The position numbers were made by a program, and so were the translations under genes. From assembly GCF_009914755.1 (NCBI RefSeq), contig NC_060940.1: 64,000 nucleotides of DNA; one strand, 5' to 3'. The notes under the pieces were generated by a model. It was given only the letters and a program-made list of their open reading frames with translations, made no database searches and was not told where the DNA came from. Of the stretch, positions 27,301 through 42,702 are shown piece after piece (the first letter of the stretch is position 1; each line of letters starts with the position of its first letter). Source of the stretch: the human T2T-CHM13v2.0 reference genome, Homo sapiens.

Positions 27301-30300
27301 TGATTCCATTTGACGACGATTCCATTCTTGTCCATTCGATGATTCCATTTGATTCCATATGATGATGATTCCATTCGATTCCATACCATGATGATTCCAT
27401 TCGAGTCCATTCAATGGTGATTCCATTCAATTCCATTCGATGATTCCTTTTGATTCCATTCGATGATGATGGCATTCGATTCCTTTCAATCATTCCCTTT
27501 GATTCCATTCAAAGGTGATTTCATTCAAGTCCATTCGATAATTGCATTCGATTCCATTCTATGATGATTCCATTCGAGTCCATTTGATGATTCCATTCAA
27601 TTCAAGTCAATGATGATTCCATTCGATTCCATTCGTTGATTCCATTGGATTCCATTCGATGATGATTCCATTCAAATCCATTCGATAATTCAATTCAAGT
27701 CCATTCGATGATGATTCCAATCGAATCCATTCAAAGATTCCATTCTGTTCCATTCGATGATTCCCTTAGATTCCATTCGATGATTCCACTTGATTGCATT
27801 TACGATGATTCCATTCGATTCCATGTGATGATTCCATTCAATTCTATTCAATGATGTCTCCATTTGATTCCATTCGACCATGATTGCCTTTGATTCCATT
27901 CAATGATTCCATTCGGTTCCGTTTGATGATGATTCCGTTCGATTCCATTTGATGATTCCATTTGATTCCATTGGATGAGTCCATTCGATTACATTCGATG
28001 ATTATTCCATTCGAGTGCATTAGATGATTCCATTCGAGTCCATTCGATGATTCCATTCGATTCCATTCGATGTTGATTCTGTTCAAATCCATTCGATGAT
28101 TCCACTCGATTCCATTCGTTGACTCCATTTGATCCCATTCGATGATTTCCTTTGATTCCCTTTGATGATCATTCCATTTGATTCAATTCGGTGATTTCAT
28201 TTGATTCCATTCAGTGATGTTTCCATTCGACTCCATTCGATGATGATTCCATTCGACTCCATTCGATTATGATTTCATTCAATTCCATTCGATAATGATT
28301 CCCTTCGAGTCCATTCGATGATTCCATTCGATTCCATTCAACGATGATTTGATTCGTGTCCATTCGATGATTCCATTTGATTCCACTTGATGATGATTCC
28401 ATTCGAGTCCATTTGATGATTCCATTCAATTCCATACTCCGATGATTTCTTTTGAGCCCACTCAATGCTTCCACTCGATTCCATATGATGATGACTCCAT
28501 TCGATGAAATTCGATGATGATTCCATTCGCTTGCTTTCGATGATGATTCCACTTGAGTCCGTTAGAAGATTCTATTCAATTACATTCCATGACGATTCCG
28601 TTCGAGTCCATTTGATGATTCCATTAGACTCCATTCGACGATGATTCCATTCGATGTTATTCGATGATTCCATTCGATCTCATTCGATGATGATTCCATT
28701 CAACTCCATTCGATGTTTCCATTCGAGTTCATTCTATTATTCCATTAGATTCCATTCGATGATGATTCCATTCGATTCCATTTGATGATTGCATTCTATT
28801 TCATTTGATGATGATTCCATTCGAGTCCACTCGATGATTCCATTCGAGTCCATTTAATGAATCCATTGGTTTCAATTCTATGATGATTACATTGGATTCC
28901 ATTCGTTGATGATTTCATTCGGTTCCATTCAATGATGATTCCATTCAATTCCTTTCAATGTTTCCATTCAATTCCATACGATGATGATTCCATTTGATTT
29001 GATTCGACAGTGAGCCATTCGATTCAATTCCATGATGATTCTATTTGATTCAATTGGTTGACATTTCCATTCGATTACATTCGATGATGATTCCCTTTGA
29101 TTCCGTTCAAAGATGATTCCATTCTAGCCCATTCAATCATTCCATTCGATTCTATTCAATGATGATTCCATTCATGTCGATTTGGTGATTCCATTTGACT
29201 TCATTTGATGATGATTCCTTTCAAGTTCATTAGATGATTCCATTCGATTCCATTTGATGATGATCCCATTCGAGTCCATTCAGTGATTCCATTCGTTTCC
29301 ATTCCATGATGATTCCATTCCTTTCCATTCAATGATTCCATTCGATTCCGTTTGATGATGATTTCATTCGAGTCCATTTGATGATTCCATTTGATTCCAT
29401 TCGATGATGATTCCATTCGAGTCCATTCGATGATTCTATTCGAATCCATTTGATGATTTCTTTTGATTATATTTGGTGATGATTCCATTGGAGTCCATTC
29501 AATGATTCCATTCTATTCCAATCGATGATGATTCCATTAGAGTCCATTTAATGATTCCATTTGATTCCAGTCTCTGATGATTACATTCGAGTCCATACGA
29601 TGATTCCACTCAATTCCATATGATGATGATTCCATTTGATTCCATTCGGTGATTCCATTCTATTCTATTCAATGGTGATTCCATTCGAGTACATTAGATG
29701 ATTCCATTCGTTTCCATTCAATGATGATTCTATTTGTGTCCCTTAGATGATTCCACATGATTCCATTAGATGATGATACTATTTGAGCCCATCCAATGAT
29801 TCCCTTCGATTCCATTCGATGAGGATTCCATTCGATTCAATTCATTGGTGATTCTATTCAATTCAATTCTTTGATTCCATTCCATTCCATTCGACAATGA
29901 TTCCATTCGATTTCTTTCGATGATTCCACTCGATTCCACTTGACATTGATTCCATTCGATTCCATTCATTGATTCCATTTGATTCCAGTGGGTGATGATT
30001 GCCATCGATTCCATTCGATCACTCCATTCTATTCCATTTGATGATGATTACATTCGATTCCATTTGATGATTCCATCTGATTCTATTCGAGGATTCCATT
30101 TGATTCCATTCGATGATGATTCCATTCGAGTCCATTCGATGATTTCATTCGAGTACATCCAATGATTCCATTCGAGTCCATTAGATGATTCCATTTGATT
30201 CCATTTGAAAATGATTCTACTAGAGTCCATTCAATGACTCCATTCGAGTCCATTCAACAATTCCATTCGACTCCATTCGATGATTCCATTCGATTCCATT

Positions 30301-30488
30301 TGATGGTTCCATTCGAGTCCATTTAATCATTACAGTCGAGTCCATTTGGTGATTCCACTGGATTTCTTTTGATAATGATACCATTCAATTGCATTTGATG
30401 ATGATCCCATTCAATTTCATTTGATGATGATTCCATTAGAGTCCATTCGATGATTTCATTCGAGTCCCTTCATTGATTCCATCCGATT
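24377..30488 (+). repeat. Higher-order unit U5 (6112 bp)
   Basis: Anchors at 24377 and 30489; shares private variants with U6. Confidence 0.95.
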
Positions 30489-33400
30489 TCATTGGATGAT
30501 GACTCCATTCGAGTCCATTCGATGTTTCCACTCGATTCCATTAGATGACTCCATTGGAGTCCATTTGATTGTTCCATTCGATTCCATTCGATTCCTTTCA
30601 AAGATTATTCCATTTGAGTCCATTCGATGATGATTCCATTCCATTCCATTCGATGATTCCGTTTGATTCCATTCGATGATTCCCTTCGATTCCTTTCTTT
30701 GATGATTCCATTCCATTCCATTCAATGATTCCATTCGAATCTATTCCATGATGATTCCTTTCGATTCCATTCGCTGATGTTTCCGTTCAATTCCATTCGA
30801 TGATGATTCCATTCGATTCCATTCATTGAGGATTCCATTTGATTCCATTCAATGATGATTCCATTCTATTCCATTCAATGATTGCATTCAATTCCATTCA
30901 ATGATTATCCCATTAGAGTAAACTCAACGATTCCATTCAATACCATTCGATGATGATTCCTTTTGAGTCCATTCAATGATTTCATTCAAGTCCATTTGAT
31001 GATTCCTTTCAATTCCATTCTATGATGATTCCATTCGAGTCCATTCGATGATTCCATTCGATTGCATTCGATGATTCCATTATATTCCATTCAACGGTGA
31101 TTCCATTCGAGTCCATTCCATGATTCCATTAGAGTACATTTAATGATTGCTTTGTTTTCAATTCGAAGATGATTACATTGGATTCCATTCTATGATACCA
31201 TTCGATTCCATTCAATGATGATTCCACTCAAATCCATTGGATGATTCCATTCGTGTCCATTCGGTGATTTCATTAGATTCCATTCGAGGATGATTCCATT
31301 CGATTCCATTCGATGATTCCATTCAATTCCATTCGATGATGATTCCATTCCAGTCCATATGATCATTCCATTTGATTTCATTCGATGATGATTCCATTCG
31401 ATTCGATTCGACGATTCCATTCTATTCCATTCGATGATGATTCCATTCGAGTCCATTCGATCATTCCATTCGAGTCCATTTAATGATTCCATTGGGTTCA
31501 ATTCAATGATGATTACATTGGATTCCGTTCTATGATTCCATTCAATTCCGTTCATTGACAATTTGATTCCATTCGATGATGATTCCATTTGAGTTCATTC
31601 GATGATTCTATTCGATTCTCTTCGATGGTGATTCAATTCTATTATATTGGATGATTCCATTCGATTCCATTTGATGTTGATTCAATTCGATTCTATTCGA
31701 TGATGATTCCATTGGATTTCACTTGATGATTCTATTCGATTCCATTCAATGATGATTCACTTCTCGTCCATTGGATGATTCCATTTCATTCCATTCGATG
31801 ATGATTCCATTCGATTCCATTCGATGATTCCATTTGATTCCATGCGACGGTGAGCAATTCGATTCAATTCCATGATGATTCTATTTGATTCAATTAGATG
31901 ATGTTTCCATTCGAATCCATTCCATGATTATTCCATTGGAATCCATTCGGCGATGATTCCATATGAGTCAATTCAATGATGATTCCATATGGGTCCGTTC
32001 GATGATAATTCCATTTGATTTCATTCGATGCTTCTATTCTATTCCAGTCGATGATGATTCCGTTGGAGTCCATACGATGATTCCATTTGATTTCATTTGA
32101 TGATGATTCCATTCGATGATGATTACATTGGATTCCATTCTATGATTCCATTCAATTCCATTCGTTGATGATTCGATTCCATTCAATGATGATTCCATTT
32201 GAGTTCATTCGATGATTCTATTCGATTCCGTTCGATGGTGATTCAATTCTATTATATTGGATGATTCCACTCGATTCCATTTGATGATTATTCCATTGGA
32301 GTCCACTTAGTGAATCCTTTAGATTCTACTCGACGATGATTCCATTCGAGTCCATTCGATGATACCATTCAATTCAATTCGTTGATGCTTCCATTCAAGT
32401 GCATTCGATGATATCATTCGATTCCATTTGATGATAATTCCATTTGATTCCATGCGATGATTCTATTCGATTCCATTCAATGATAATTCCATTCAATTCA
32501 GTGATTCCTCTGGACTCCATTTGATGATGATTCCATTCAATGATTCCATTCGATTCTATTCGAAAATGATTCCATTTGAATCCATTTGATGATGATTCCA
32601 TTAGATTCCATTTGATGATTCCATTCGATTCCATTCGACGATGATTCCATTCGATTCCGTTTGATGATTCCATTCTATTCTATTTGATGATGATTCCATT
32701 CGATTCCATTCGATGATGATTGGATTCGATTCCATTGGATGATTTCATTTGATTCCATTCGTTAATGATTTCGATCAATTCCATTCGATGATTCCATTCG
32801 ATTCCATTCGATAATGATTACATCCGAGTCCATTCGATGATTCCCTTTGAGCCTGTTCGATAATTCCATTTGAGTCCAACCAATGATTCCATTCATTTCC
32901 ATTCAATGATTCCATTCGAGTCCATTTGATCATTCCGGTAGGGTCCATTCGATGTTGATTCCATTGGAGTGCATTCGATGATTCCATTCGAGTCCATTTT
33001 AGGATTTGATTCGAGTCCTTTCGATGATTCCATTCGATTCCACTCGATGATGATTTCATTCGAGTCCATTCGACACTTCCAATCGATTCCATTTGATGAT
33101 TCCATTCGAGTCCAATTGATGATTCCATTCAATTCCATTCGATGATGATTCCGTACGATTCCATTCTGTGATGATTCCATGTGATTGCATTCAATGATGA
33201 TTCCTTTCGATTGCATTCGATTATGATTCATTTCGTGTTCATTCTATGGTTCCACAGGTTTCCATTCGTGTCCATTCCATTATTCCATTCTATTCCATTT
33301 GATGATGATTCCATTCGATTCCATTCATTGGTGATTCCACTCAATTCCATTCAATGATTCCATTCCATTTCTTTCAACAATGATTCCATTAGTTTCTAAT

Positions 33401-36400
33401 CGATGATCCACTTGATTCCATTTGACGACGATTCCATTCTTGTCCATTCGATGATTCCATTTGATTCCATATGATGATGATTCCATTCGATTCCATACCA
33501 TGATGATTCCATTCGAGTCCATTCAATGGTGATTCCATTCAATTCCATTCGATGATTCCTTTTGATTCCATTCGATGATGATGGCATTCGATTCCTTTCA
33601 ATCATTCCCTTTGATTCCATTCAAAGGTGATTTCATTCAAGTCCATTCGATAATTGCATTCGATTCCATTCTATGATGATTCCATTCGAGTCCATTTGAT
33701 GATTCCATTCAATTCAAGTCAATGATGATTCCATTCGATTCCATTCGATGATTCCATTGGATTCCATTCGATGATGATTCCATTCAAATCCATTCGATAA
33801 TTCAATTCAAGTCCATTCGATGATGATTCCAATCGAATCCATTCAAAGATTCCATTCTGTTCCATTCGATGATTCCCTTAGATTCCATTCGATGATTCCA
33901 CTTGATTGCATTTACGATGATTCCATTCGATTCCATGTGATGATTCCATTCAATTCTATTCAATGATGTCTCCATTTGATTCCATTCGACCATGATTGCC
34001 TTTGATTCCATTCAATGATTCCATTCGGTTCCGTTTGATGATGATTCCGTTCGATTCCATTTGATGATTCCATTGGATTCCATTGGATGAGTCCATTCGA
34101 TTACATTCGATGATTATTCCATTCGAGTGCATTAGATGATTCCATTCGAGTCCATTCGATGATTCCATTCGATTCCATTCGATGTTGATTCTGTTCAAAT
34201 CCATTCGATGATTCCACTCGATTCCATTCGTTGACTCCATTTGATCCCATTCGATGATTTCCTTTGATTCCCTTTGATGATCATTCCATTTGATTCAATT
34301 CGGTGATTTCATTTGATTCCATTCAGTGATGTTTCCATTCGACTCCATTCGATGATGATTCCATTCGACTCCATTCGATTATGATTTCATTCAATTCCAT
34401 TCGATAATGATTCCCTTCGAGTCCATTCGATGATTCCATTCGATTCCATTCAACGATGATTTGATTCGTGTCCATTCGATGATTCCATTTGATTCCACTT
34501 GATGATGATTCCATTCGAGTCCATTTGATGATTCCATTCAATTCCATACTCCGATGATTTCTTTTGAGCCCACTCAATGCTTCCACTCGATTCCATATGA
34601 TGATGACTCCATTCGATGAAATTCGATGATGATTCCATTCGCTTGCTTTCGATGATGATTCCACTTGAGTCCGTTAGAAGATTCTATTCAATTACATTCC
34701 ATGACGATTCCGTTCGAGTCCATTTGATGATTCCATTAGACTCCATTCGACGATGATTCCATTCGATGTTATTCGATGATTCCATTCGATCTCATTCGAT
34801 GATGATTCCATTCAACTCCATTCGATGTTTCCATTCGAGTTCATTCTATTATTCCATTAGATTCCATTCGATGATGATTCCATTCGATTCCATTTGATGA
34901 TTGCATTCTATTTCATTTGATGATGATTCCATTCGAGTCCACTCGATGATTCCATTCGAGTCCATTTAATGAATCCATTGGTTTCAATTCTATGATGATT
35001 ACATTGGATTCCATTCGTTGATGATTTCATTCGGTTCCATTCAATGATGATTCCATTCAATTCCTTTCAATGTTTCCATTCAATTCCATACGATGATGAT
35101 TCCATTTGATTTGATTCGACAGTGAGCCATTCGATTCAATTCCATGATGATTCTATTTGATTCAATTGGTTGACATTTCCATTCGATTCCATTCGATGAT
35201 GATTCCCTTTGATTCCGTTCAAAGATGATTCCATTCTAGCCCATTCAATCATTCCATTCGATTCTATTCAATGATGATTCCATTCATGTCGATTTGGTGA
35301 TTCCATTTGACTTCATTTGATGATGATTCCTTTCAAGTTCATTAGATGATTCCATTCGATTCCATTTGATGATGATCCCATTCGAGTCCATTCAGTGATT
35401 CCATTCGTTTCCATTCCATGATGATTCCATTCCTTTCCATTCAATGATTCCATTCGATTCCGTTTGATGATGATTTCATTCGAGTCCATTTGATGATTCC
35501 ATTTGATTCCATTCGATGATGATTCCATTCGAGTCCATTCGATGATTCTATTCGAATCCATTTGATGATTTCTTTTGATTATATTTGGTGATGATTCCAT
35601 TGGAGTCCATTCAATGATTCCATTCTATTCCAATCGATGATGATTCCATTAGAGTCCATTTAATGATTCCATTTGATTCCAGTCTCTGATGATTACATTC
35701 GAGTCCATACGATGATTCCACTCAATTCCATATGATGATGATTCCATTTGATTCCATTCGGTGATTCCATTCTATTCTATTCAATGGTGATTCCATTCGA
35801 GTACATTAGATGATTCCATTCGTTTCCATTCAATGATGATTCTATTTGTGTCCCTTAGATGATTCCACATGATTCCATTAGATGATGATACTATTTGAGC
35901 CCATCCAATGATTCCCTTCGATTCCATTCGATGAGGATTCCATTCGATTCAATTCATTGGTGATTCTATTCAATTCAATTCTTTGATTCCATTCCATTCC
36001 ATTCGACAATGATTCCATTCGATTTCTTTCGATGATTCCACTCGATTCCACTTGACATTGATTCCATTCGATTCCATTCATTGATTCCATTTGATTCCAG
36101 TGGGTGATGATTGCCATCGATTCCATTCGATCACTCCATTCTATTCCATTTGATGATGATTACATTCGATTCCATTTGATGATTCCATCTGATTCTATTC
36201 GAGGATTCCATTTGATTCCATTCGATGATGATTCCATTCGAGTCCATTCGATGATTTCATTCGAGTACATCCAATGATTCCATTCGAGTCCATTAGATGA
36301 TTCCATTTGATTCCATTTGAAAATGATTCTACTAGAGTCCATTCAATGACTCCATTCGAGTCCATTCAACAATTCCATTCGACTCCATTCGATGATTCCA

Positions 36401-36600
36401 TTCGATTCCATTTGATGGTTCCATTCGAGTCCATTTAATCATTACAGTCGAGTCCATTTGGTGATTCCACTGGATTTCTTTTGATAATGATACCATTCAA
36501 TTACATTTGATGATGATCCCATTCAATTTCATTTGATGATGATTCCATTAGAGTCCATTCGATGATTTCATTCGAGTCCCTTCATTGATTCCATCCGATT
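30489..36600 (+). repeat. Higher-order unit U6 (6112 bp)
   Basis: Anchors at 30489 and 36601; near-identical to U5. Confidence 0.95.
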
Positions 36601-39600
36601 TCATTGGATGATGACTCCATTCGAGTCCATTCGATGATTCCACTCGATTCCATTAGATGACTCCATTGGAGTCCATTTGATTGTTCCATTCGATTCCATT
36701 CGATTCCTTTCGAAGATTATTCCATTTGAGTCCATTCGATGATGATTCCATTCCATTCCATTCCATGATTCCGTTTGATTCCATTCGATGATTCCCTTCG
36801 ATTCCTTTCTTTGATGATTCCATTCCATTCCATTCAATGATTCCATTCGAATCTATTCCATGATGATTCCTTTCGATTCCATTCGCTGATGTTTCCGTTC
36901 AATTCCATTCGATGATGATTCCATTCGATTCCATTCATTGAGGATTCCATTTGATTCCATTCAATGATGATTCCATTCTATTCCATTCAATGATTGCATT
37001 CAATTCCATTCAATGATTATCCCATTAGAGTAAACTCAACGATTCCATTCAATACCATTCGATGATGATTCCTTTTGAGTCCATTCAATGATTTCATTCA
37101 AGTCCATTTGATGATTCCTTTCAATTCCATTCTATGATGATTCCATTCGAGTCCATTCGATGATTCCATTCGATTGCATTCGATGATTCCATTATATTCC
37201 ATTCAACGGTGATTCCATTCGAGTCCATTCCATGATTCCATTAGAGTACATTTAATGATTGCTTTGTTTTCAATTCGAAGATGATTACATTGGATTCCAT
37301 TCTATGATACCATTCGATTCCATTCAATGATGATTCCACTCAAATCCATTGGATGATTCCATTCGTGTCCATTCGGTGATTTCATTAGATTCCATTCGAG
37401 GATGATTCCATTCGATTCCATTCGATGATTCCATTCAATTCCATTCGATGATGATTCCATTCCAGTCCATATGATCATTCCATTTGATTTCATTCGATGA
37501 TGATTCCATTCGATTCGATTCGACGATTCCATTCTATTCCATTCGATGATGATTCCATTCGAGTCCATTCGATCATTCCATTCGAGTCCATTTAATGATT
37601 CCATTGGGTTCAATTCAATGATGATTACATTGGATTCCGTTCTATGATTCCATTCAAATCCGTTCATTGACAATTTGATTCCATTCGATGATGATTCCAT
37701 TTGAGTTCATTCGATGATTCTATTCGATTCTCTTCGATGGTGATTCAATTCTATTATATTGGATGATTCCATTCGATTCCATTTGATGTTGATTCAATTC
37801 GATTCTATTCGATGATGATTCCATTGGATTTCACTTGATGATTCTATTCGATTCCATTCAATGATGATTCACTTCTCGTCCATTGGATGATTCCATTTCA
37901 TTCCATTCGATGATGATTCCATTCGATTCCATTCGATGATTCCATTTGATTCCATGCGACGGTGAGCAATTCGATTCAATTCCATGATGATTCTATTTGA
38001 TTCAATTAGATGATGTTTCCATTCGAATCCATTCCATGATTATTCCATTGGAATCCATTCGGCGATGATTCCATATGAGTCAATTCAATGATGATTCCAT
38101 ATGGGTCCGTTCGATGATAATTCCATTTGATTTCATTCGATGCTTCTATTCTATTCCAGTCGATGATGATTCCGTTGGAGTCCATACGATGATTCCATTT
38201 GATTTCATTTGATGATGATTCCATTCGATGATGATTACATTGGATTCCATTCTATGATTCCATTCAATTCCATTCGTTGATGATTCGATTCCATTCAATG
38301 ATGATTCCATTTGAGTTCATTCGATGATTCTATTCGATTCCGTTCGATGGTGATTCAATTCTTTTATATTGGATGATTCCACTCGATTCCATTTGATGAT
38401 TATTCCATTGGAGTCCACTTAGTGAATCCTTTAGATTCTACTCGACGATGATTCCATTCGAGTCCATTCGATGATACCATTCAATTCCATTCGTTGATGC
38501 TTCCATTCAAGTGCATTCGATGATATCATTTGATTCCATTTGATGATAATTCCATTTGATTCCATGCGATGATTCTATTCGATTCCATTCAATGATAATT
38601 CCATTCAATTCAGTGATTCCTCTGGACTCCATTTGATGATGATTCCATTCAATGATTCCATTCGATTCTATTCGAAAATGATTCCATTTGAATCCATTTG
38701 ATGATGATTCCATTAGATTCCATTTGATGATTCCATTCGATTCCATTCGACGATGATTCCATTCGATTCCGTTTGATGATTCCATTCTATTCTATTCGAT
38801 GATGATTCCATTCGATTCCATTCGATGATGATTGGATTCGATTCCATTTGATGATTTCATTTGATTCCATTCGTTAATGATTTCGATCAATTCCATTCGA
38901 TGATTCCATTCGATTCCATTCGATAATGATTACATCCGAGTCCATTCGATGATTCCCTTTGAGCCTGTTCGATAATTCCATTTGAGTCCAACCAATGATT
39001 CCATTCATTTCCATTCAATGATTCCATTCGAGTCCATTTGATCATTCCGGTAGGGTCCATTCGATGTTGATTCCATTGGAGTGCATTCGATGATTCCATT
39101 CGAGTCCATTTTAGGATTTGATTCAAGTCCTTTCGATGATTCCATTCGATTCCACTCGATGATGATTTCATTCGAGTCCATTCGACACTTCCAATCGATT
39201 CCATTTGATGATTCCATTCGAGTCCAATTGATGATTCCATTCAATTCCATTCGATGATGATTCCCTACGATTCCATTCTGTGATGATTCCATGTGATTGC
39301 ATTCAATGATGATTCCTTTCGATTGCATTCGATTATGATTCATTTCGTGTTCATTCTATGGTTCCACAGGTTTCCATTCGTGTCCATTCCATTATTCCAT
39401 TCTATTCCATTTGATGATGATTCCATTCGATTCCATTCATTGGTGATTCCACTCAATTCCATTCAATGATTCCATTCCATTTCTTTCAACAATGATTCCA
39501 TTAGTTTCTAATCGATGATCCACTTGATTCCATTTGACGACGATTCCATTCTTGTCCATTCGATGATTCCATTTGATTCCATATGATGATGATTCCATTC

Positions 39601-42600
39601 GATTCCATACCATGATGATTCCATTCGAGTCCATTCAATGGTGATTCCATTCAATTCCATTCGATGATTCCTTTTGATTCCATTCGATGATGATGGCATT
39701 CGATTCCTTTCAATCATTCCCTTTGATTCCATTCAAAGGTGATTTCATTCAAGTCCATTCGATAATTGCATTCGATTCCATTCTATGATGATTCCATTCG
39801 AGTCCATTTGATGATTCCATTTAATTCAAGTCAATGATGATTCCATTCGATTCCATTCGATGATTCCATTGGATTCCATTCGATGATGATTCCATTCAAA
39901 TCCATTCGATAATTCAATTCAAGTCCATTCGATGATGATTCCAATCGAATCCATTCAAAGATTCCATTCAGTTCCATTCGATGATTCCCTTAGATTCCAT
40001 TCGATGATTCCACTTGATTGCATTTACGATGATTCCATTCGATTCCATGTGATGATTCCATTCAATTCTATTCAATGATGTCTCCATTTGATTCCATTCG
40101 ACCATGATTGCCTTTGATTCCATTCAATGATTCCATTCGGTTCCGTTTGATGATGATTCCGTTCGATTCCATTTGATGATTCCATTTGATTCCATTGGAT
40201 GAGTCCATTCGATTACATTCGATGATTATTCCATTCGAGTGCATTAGATGATTCCATTCGAGTCCATTCGATGATTCCATTCGATTCCATTCGATGTTGA
40301 TTCTGTTCAAATCCATTCGATGATTCCACTCGATTCCATTCGTTGACTCCATTTGATCCCATTCGATGATTTCCTTTGATTCCCTTTGATGATCATTCCA
40401 TTTGATTCAATTCGGTGATTTCATTTGATTCCATTCAGTGATGTTTCCATTCGACTCCATTCGATGATGATTCCATTCGACTCCATTCGATTATGATTTC
40501 ATTCAATTCCATTCGATAATGATTCCCTTCGAGTCCATTCGATGATTCCATTCGATTCCATTCAACGATGATTTGATTCGTGTCCATTCGATGATTCCAT
40601 TTGATTCCACTTGATGATGATTCCATTCGAGTCCATTTGATGATTCCATTCAATTCCATACTCCGATGATTTCTTTTGAGCCCACTCAATGCTTCCACTC
40701 GATTCCATATGATGATGACTCCATTCGATGAAATTCGATGATGATTCCATTCGCTTGCTTTCGATGATGATTCCACTTGAGTCCGTTAGAAGATTCTATT
40801 CAATTACATTCCATGACGATTCCGTTCGAGTCCATTTGATGATTCCATTAGACTCCATTCGACGATGATTCCATTCGATGTTATTCGATGATTCCATTCG
40901 ATCTCATTCGATGATGATTCCATTCAACTCCATTCGATGTTTCCATTCGAGTTCATTCTATTATTCCATTAGATTCCATTCGATGATGATTCCATTCGAT
41001 TCCATTTGATGATTGCATTCTATTTCATTTGATGATGATTCCATTCGAGTCCACTCGATGATTCCATTCGAGTCCATTTAATGAATCCATTGGTTTCAAT
41101 TCTATGATGATTACATTGGATTCCATTCGTTGATGATTTCATTCGGTTCCATTCAATGATGATTCCATTCAATTCCTTTCAATGTTTCCATTCAATTCCA
41201 TACGATGATGATTCCATTTGATTTGATTCGACAGTGAGCCATTCGATTCAATTCCATGATGATTCTATTTGATTCAATTGGTTGACATTTCCATTCGATT
41301 CCATTCGATGATGATTCCCTTTGATTCCGTTCCAAGATGATTCCATTCTAGCCCATTCAATCATTCCATTCGATTCTATTCAATGATGATTCCATTCATG
41401 TCGATTTGGTGATTCCATTTGACTTCATTTGATGATGATTCCTTTCAAGTTCATTAGATGATTCCATTCGATTCCATTTGATGATGATCCCATTCGAGTC
41501 CATTCAGTGATTCCATTCGTTTCCATTCCATGATGATTCCATTCCTTTCCATTCAATGATTCCATTCGATTCCGTTTGATGATGATTTCATTCGAGTCCA
41601 TTTGATGATTCCATTTGATTCCATTCGATGATGATTCCATTCGAGTCCATTCGATGATTCTATTCGAATCCATTTGATGATTTCTTTTGATTATATTTGG
41701 TGATGATTCCATTGGAGTCCATTCAATGATTCCATTCTATTCCAATCGATGATGATTTCATTCGAGTCCATTTGATGATTCCATTTGATTCCATTTGATG
41801 ATGATTACCTTCGAGTCCATACGATGATTCCACTCAATTCCATATGATGATGATTCCATTCGATTCCATTCGATGATTCCAGTCTATTCTATTCAATGGT
41901 GATTCCATTCGAGTACATTAGATGATTCCATTCGATTCCATTCAATGATGATTCTATTTGTGTCCCTTAGATGGTTCCACATGATTCCATTTCATGATGA
42001 TACTATTTGAGCCCATCCAATGATTCCCTTCGATTCCATTCGATGAGGATTCCATTCGATTCATTTCATTGGTGATTCTATTCAATTCAATTCTTTGATT
42101 CCATTCCATTCCATTCGACAATGATTCCATTCGATTTCTTTCGATGATTCCACTCGATTCCACTTGACATTGATTCCATTCGATTCCATTCAATGATTCC
42201 GTTTGATTCCAGTGGATGATGATTGCCATCGATTCCATTCGATCACTCCATTCTATTCCATTTGATGATGATTACATTCGATTCCATTTGATGATTCCAT
42301 CTGATTCTATTCGAGGATTCCATTTGATTCCATTCGATGATGATTCCATTCGAGTGCATTCGATGATTTCATTCGAGTACATCCAATGATTCCATTCGAG
42401 TCCATTTGATGATTCCATTTGATTCCATTTGATTATGATTCTACTAGAGTCCATTCAATGACTCCATTCGAATCCATTCAACAATTCCATTCGAGGCCAT
42501 TCGATGATTCCATTTCATGATTCCATTCGAGTCCATTTAATCATTACAGTCGAGTCCATTTGGTGATTCCACTGGATTTCTTTTGATAATGATACCATTC

Positions 42601-42702
42601 AATTACATTTGATGATGATCCCATTCAATTTCATTTGATGGTGATTCCATTAGAGTCCATTCGATGATTTCATTCGAGTCCCTTCATTGATTCCATCCGA
42701 TT
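36601..42702 (+). repeat. Higher-order unit U7 (6102 bp; switches to the divergent type near 41750)
   Basis: Anchors at 36601 and 42703; 10-bp deletion at about 42511; dense variants begin at about 41757. Confidence 0.95.
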
